Assembly: GCA_937950125.1 (NCBI GenBank)
Contig: CALFEP010000082.1
Coordinates: 39,446 to 103,445, forward strand
Direction: 5' to 3'
Length of the DNA: 64,000 nucleotides
From: an uncultured Bacteroidota bacterium
GTDB taxonomy: Bacteria; Bacteroidota; Bacteroidia; Bacteroidales; 4484-276
Shown here in pieces: positions 63,501 to 64,000 of the stretch. Each line of letters begins with the position of its first letter. The first letter of the stretch is position 1. The notes under the pieces are model-generated. The model saw only the letters and a list, made by a program, of their open reading frames with translations, made no database searches and was not told where the DNA came from. The position numbers and the translations under genes were made by a program.

Positions 63501-64000
63501 AAACCAGGGTGGGAGCAATAGCATGGTAGCTTTCAACAAGCTCTCCACCTGTTAAAAGAAGTATTTTAAAATCAATTCCTGTATTTTTGTAAAACCACTT
63601 TACTAAACTCAACAGTAGCATTTGGCCACCGCCAATTCCGGCATCGTGCCCAATAAACAAAATAGAGATTGACCCTCTGAATTTTAATATTTCCGCATGA
63701 CTCAGCTCATCGTATTGATTATATTTTTTTGCTTTCCATCGCTCCTTCAAAACTTCCACAGATACAATGCTACTTATCCGCCTGTTTTCAGTTTTGCCGT
63801 AAAGCAAATAATGCAACAACGGGTTCATCTTGCTTTCTTTCACATCGGGGTACTGCTCGAGATAAAAAGCTGAATCGAATTTATCGCAGGGTTTGCGTCC
63901 TTCGAAACCACCAAATAGCAAGTAGTGGAAGGCAGGATTTATTCCTGAGGCATTTACATCGGGGTTGTTTTGCCGGTAATAGGTTTCATCAAACAAACCA
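60532..64000 (-). CDS. Multi-domain glycosyltransferase of more than 1154 aa (5' end outside window): 'NPDV/NPL.HY' repeats + GT4 + GT2 + second GT4
   Basis: The frame is open to the window edge, and the track start is only a TTG. GT4 block 'REDPFPLVCLEAAQCSIPIICFENSGGMPDFV'. GT2 block 'VSVIVPNYNYAPFLDERLSSIYNQTFKEFEVIILDDASTDDS'. C-terminal GT-B block 'LPSYMEGLPIVLMSAMLCARVSIATDIGSHTEVI'. Confidence 0.9.
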   Translation of the reverse strand, partial: GLFDETYYRQNNPDVNASGINPAFHYLLFGGFEGRKPCDKFDSAFYLEQYPDVKESKMNPLLHYLLYGKTENRRISSIVSVEVLKERWKAKKYNQYDELSHAEILKFRGSISILFIGHDAGIGGGQMLLLSLVKWFYKNTGIDFKILLLTGGELVESYHAIAPTLVWDECKKYSPTKENFSATIREFVGKIDLVYGNTMVSSFIYDELSYLNVPVITHVHELENTIRLYESTAAIKNMRHFTALFMVASNQVAENLIKNHGIAPGKIEMVPDFIEIRDLNFNSSKNELRKKLGLPQDGMLVFGAGSITWRKGVDLFIETAIVLKQKGMTDFHFIWIGDNYWEVDRSIHNICTWDELEQKIVVQQVKNHITFLSTRENFYEYFLSGDIFFLSSREDPFPLVCLEAAQCSIPIICFENSGGMPDFVANDAGFVVPFEDVNVAAEKMVFLKTHLHHRIGLGAKAREKFLSGYTMDISAPKILTKCLRVGNFHPVVSVIVPNYNYAPFLDERLSSIYNQTFKEFEVIILDDASTDDSLAIIEKYRSKPNTSVVLNKVNSGSPFRQWQKGITAAKGEIIWIAESDDFSAPDFLALMLPFFNHPEVALAHCNSNIIDENDNITGDYTDYHRKLDFNHWKYNYRVKSTQEINFGLGVKNSILNVSSVIFRKEAIPPDIFIKLEAFKFSGDWLFYIELLKGRQIAYCHEKLNFHRRHRQTLTTQFNSDEQKKLTLLQEAAKIHARVLDLYELNPQFAEKWKFHIHEQIGAFYPTMKEDEFNKYYPYDVINNKIKELTAKAEAKQKRWVFLTTNDGASMGGSEKLWIQAALETKERGDEVIVVIKKWEPEPDFIDDLRKAGILVLFKNYFEFSQIVEFNPSLMIISIGDQDEGTEWYQQCSASKIPYVIVNQLTKEPMYWPVNEQLVPKLIKGQEGAEIVLFTGKNNLRVMEKRLGHPITNSGIFYNPTGTERNINIPYPKSGEKLQIAIVGNLHNIHKGQQLAIELFAKQKWRVRPVHLNIYGKGQDEDELKRQVYDRYLTNVTFCGFANDLTEVWAQNHAIFLPSYMEGLPIVLMSAMLCARVSIATDIGSHTEVISDNVSGFIAAKPGVEALDEALERAWQRREEWEKMGLEARSAILKFLPEDPLRFFIHRIELFSMVQS
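63772..64000 (-). repeat. At least two N-terminal 'NPDV/NPL.HY' protein repeats (array may continue beyond the window)
   Basis: 'FDETYYRQNNPDVNASGINPAFHYLLFGGFEGRKP' and 'FDSAFYLEQYPDVKESKMNPLLHYLLYGKTENR'. Confidence 0.8.

Noticed and set aside
1-64000. Scan for rRNA, tRNA, CRISPR arrays, transposases, integrases and IS inverted repeats.
   Set aside because: No T-loop-like GGTTCGAATCC-type sequences, regularly spaced direct repeats, or DDE or tyrosine-recombinase-like ORFs were seen. The plus-strand frame at 13046..13261 ('...RIDPDDENGFQVGKRK...ERYKQGFATLLKL...') was considered as a transposase remnant. It has no start codon and no convincing motif.

Overview
This window looks like a Bacteroidota-type chromosome segment. 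The evidence is the thrS-infC-rpmI-rplT gene order, TAnnTTTG-like -7 boxes and an OmpA/TPR/PD40 envelope protein.

nt 1-11.8 kb holds ordinary core genes: a WecA/MraY-like transferase (5' partial), a membrane-anchored receiver protein, rplT, rpmI, infC (AUU start), thrS, an OmpA-family protein, queE, folD, ffh and a YfcC-type carrier.

From 11.8 kb to the right edge (>52 kb) every supported gene is on the minus strand and tightly packed, often with overlapping stop and start codons. This is one very large ABC-transporter-dependent (Wzm/Wzt) glycan assembly locus. It contains:
- about 16 glycosyltransferase domains, mostly fused into 650-1265 aa multi-domain proteins;
- five or six polytopic GT-C-like membrane proteins, three of them paralogs of an unassigned family;
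- a dense set of decoration enzymes: four sulfotransferase-fold domains, at least six methyltransferase domains, a pyruvyl transferase, an acyltransferase-3, an MBOAT/AlgJ-like pair, two FemAB-like modules and a TupA-like ATP-grasp enzyme.

A complete single-chain type IIG restriction-modification enzyme sits inside this operon, between a glycosyltransferase gene and wzm. Four short stretches look like decayed gene remnants. I saw no rRNA, tRNA, CRISPR array, transposase or integrase.

All family assignments come from motifs read by eye and recalled from memory. No HMM or BLAST search was possible, so functions are hypotheses and several start codons are uncertain.
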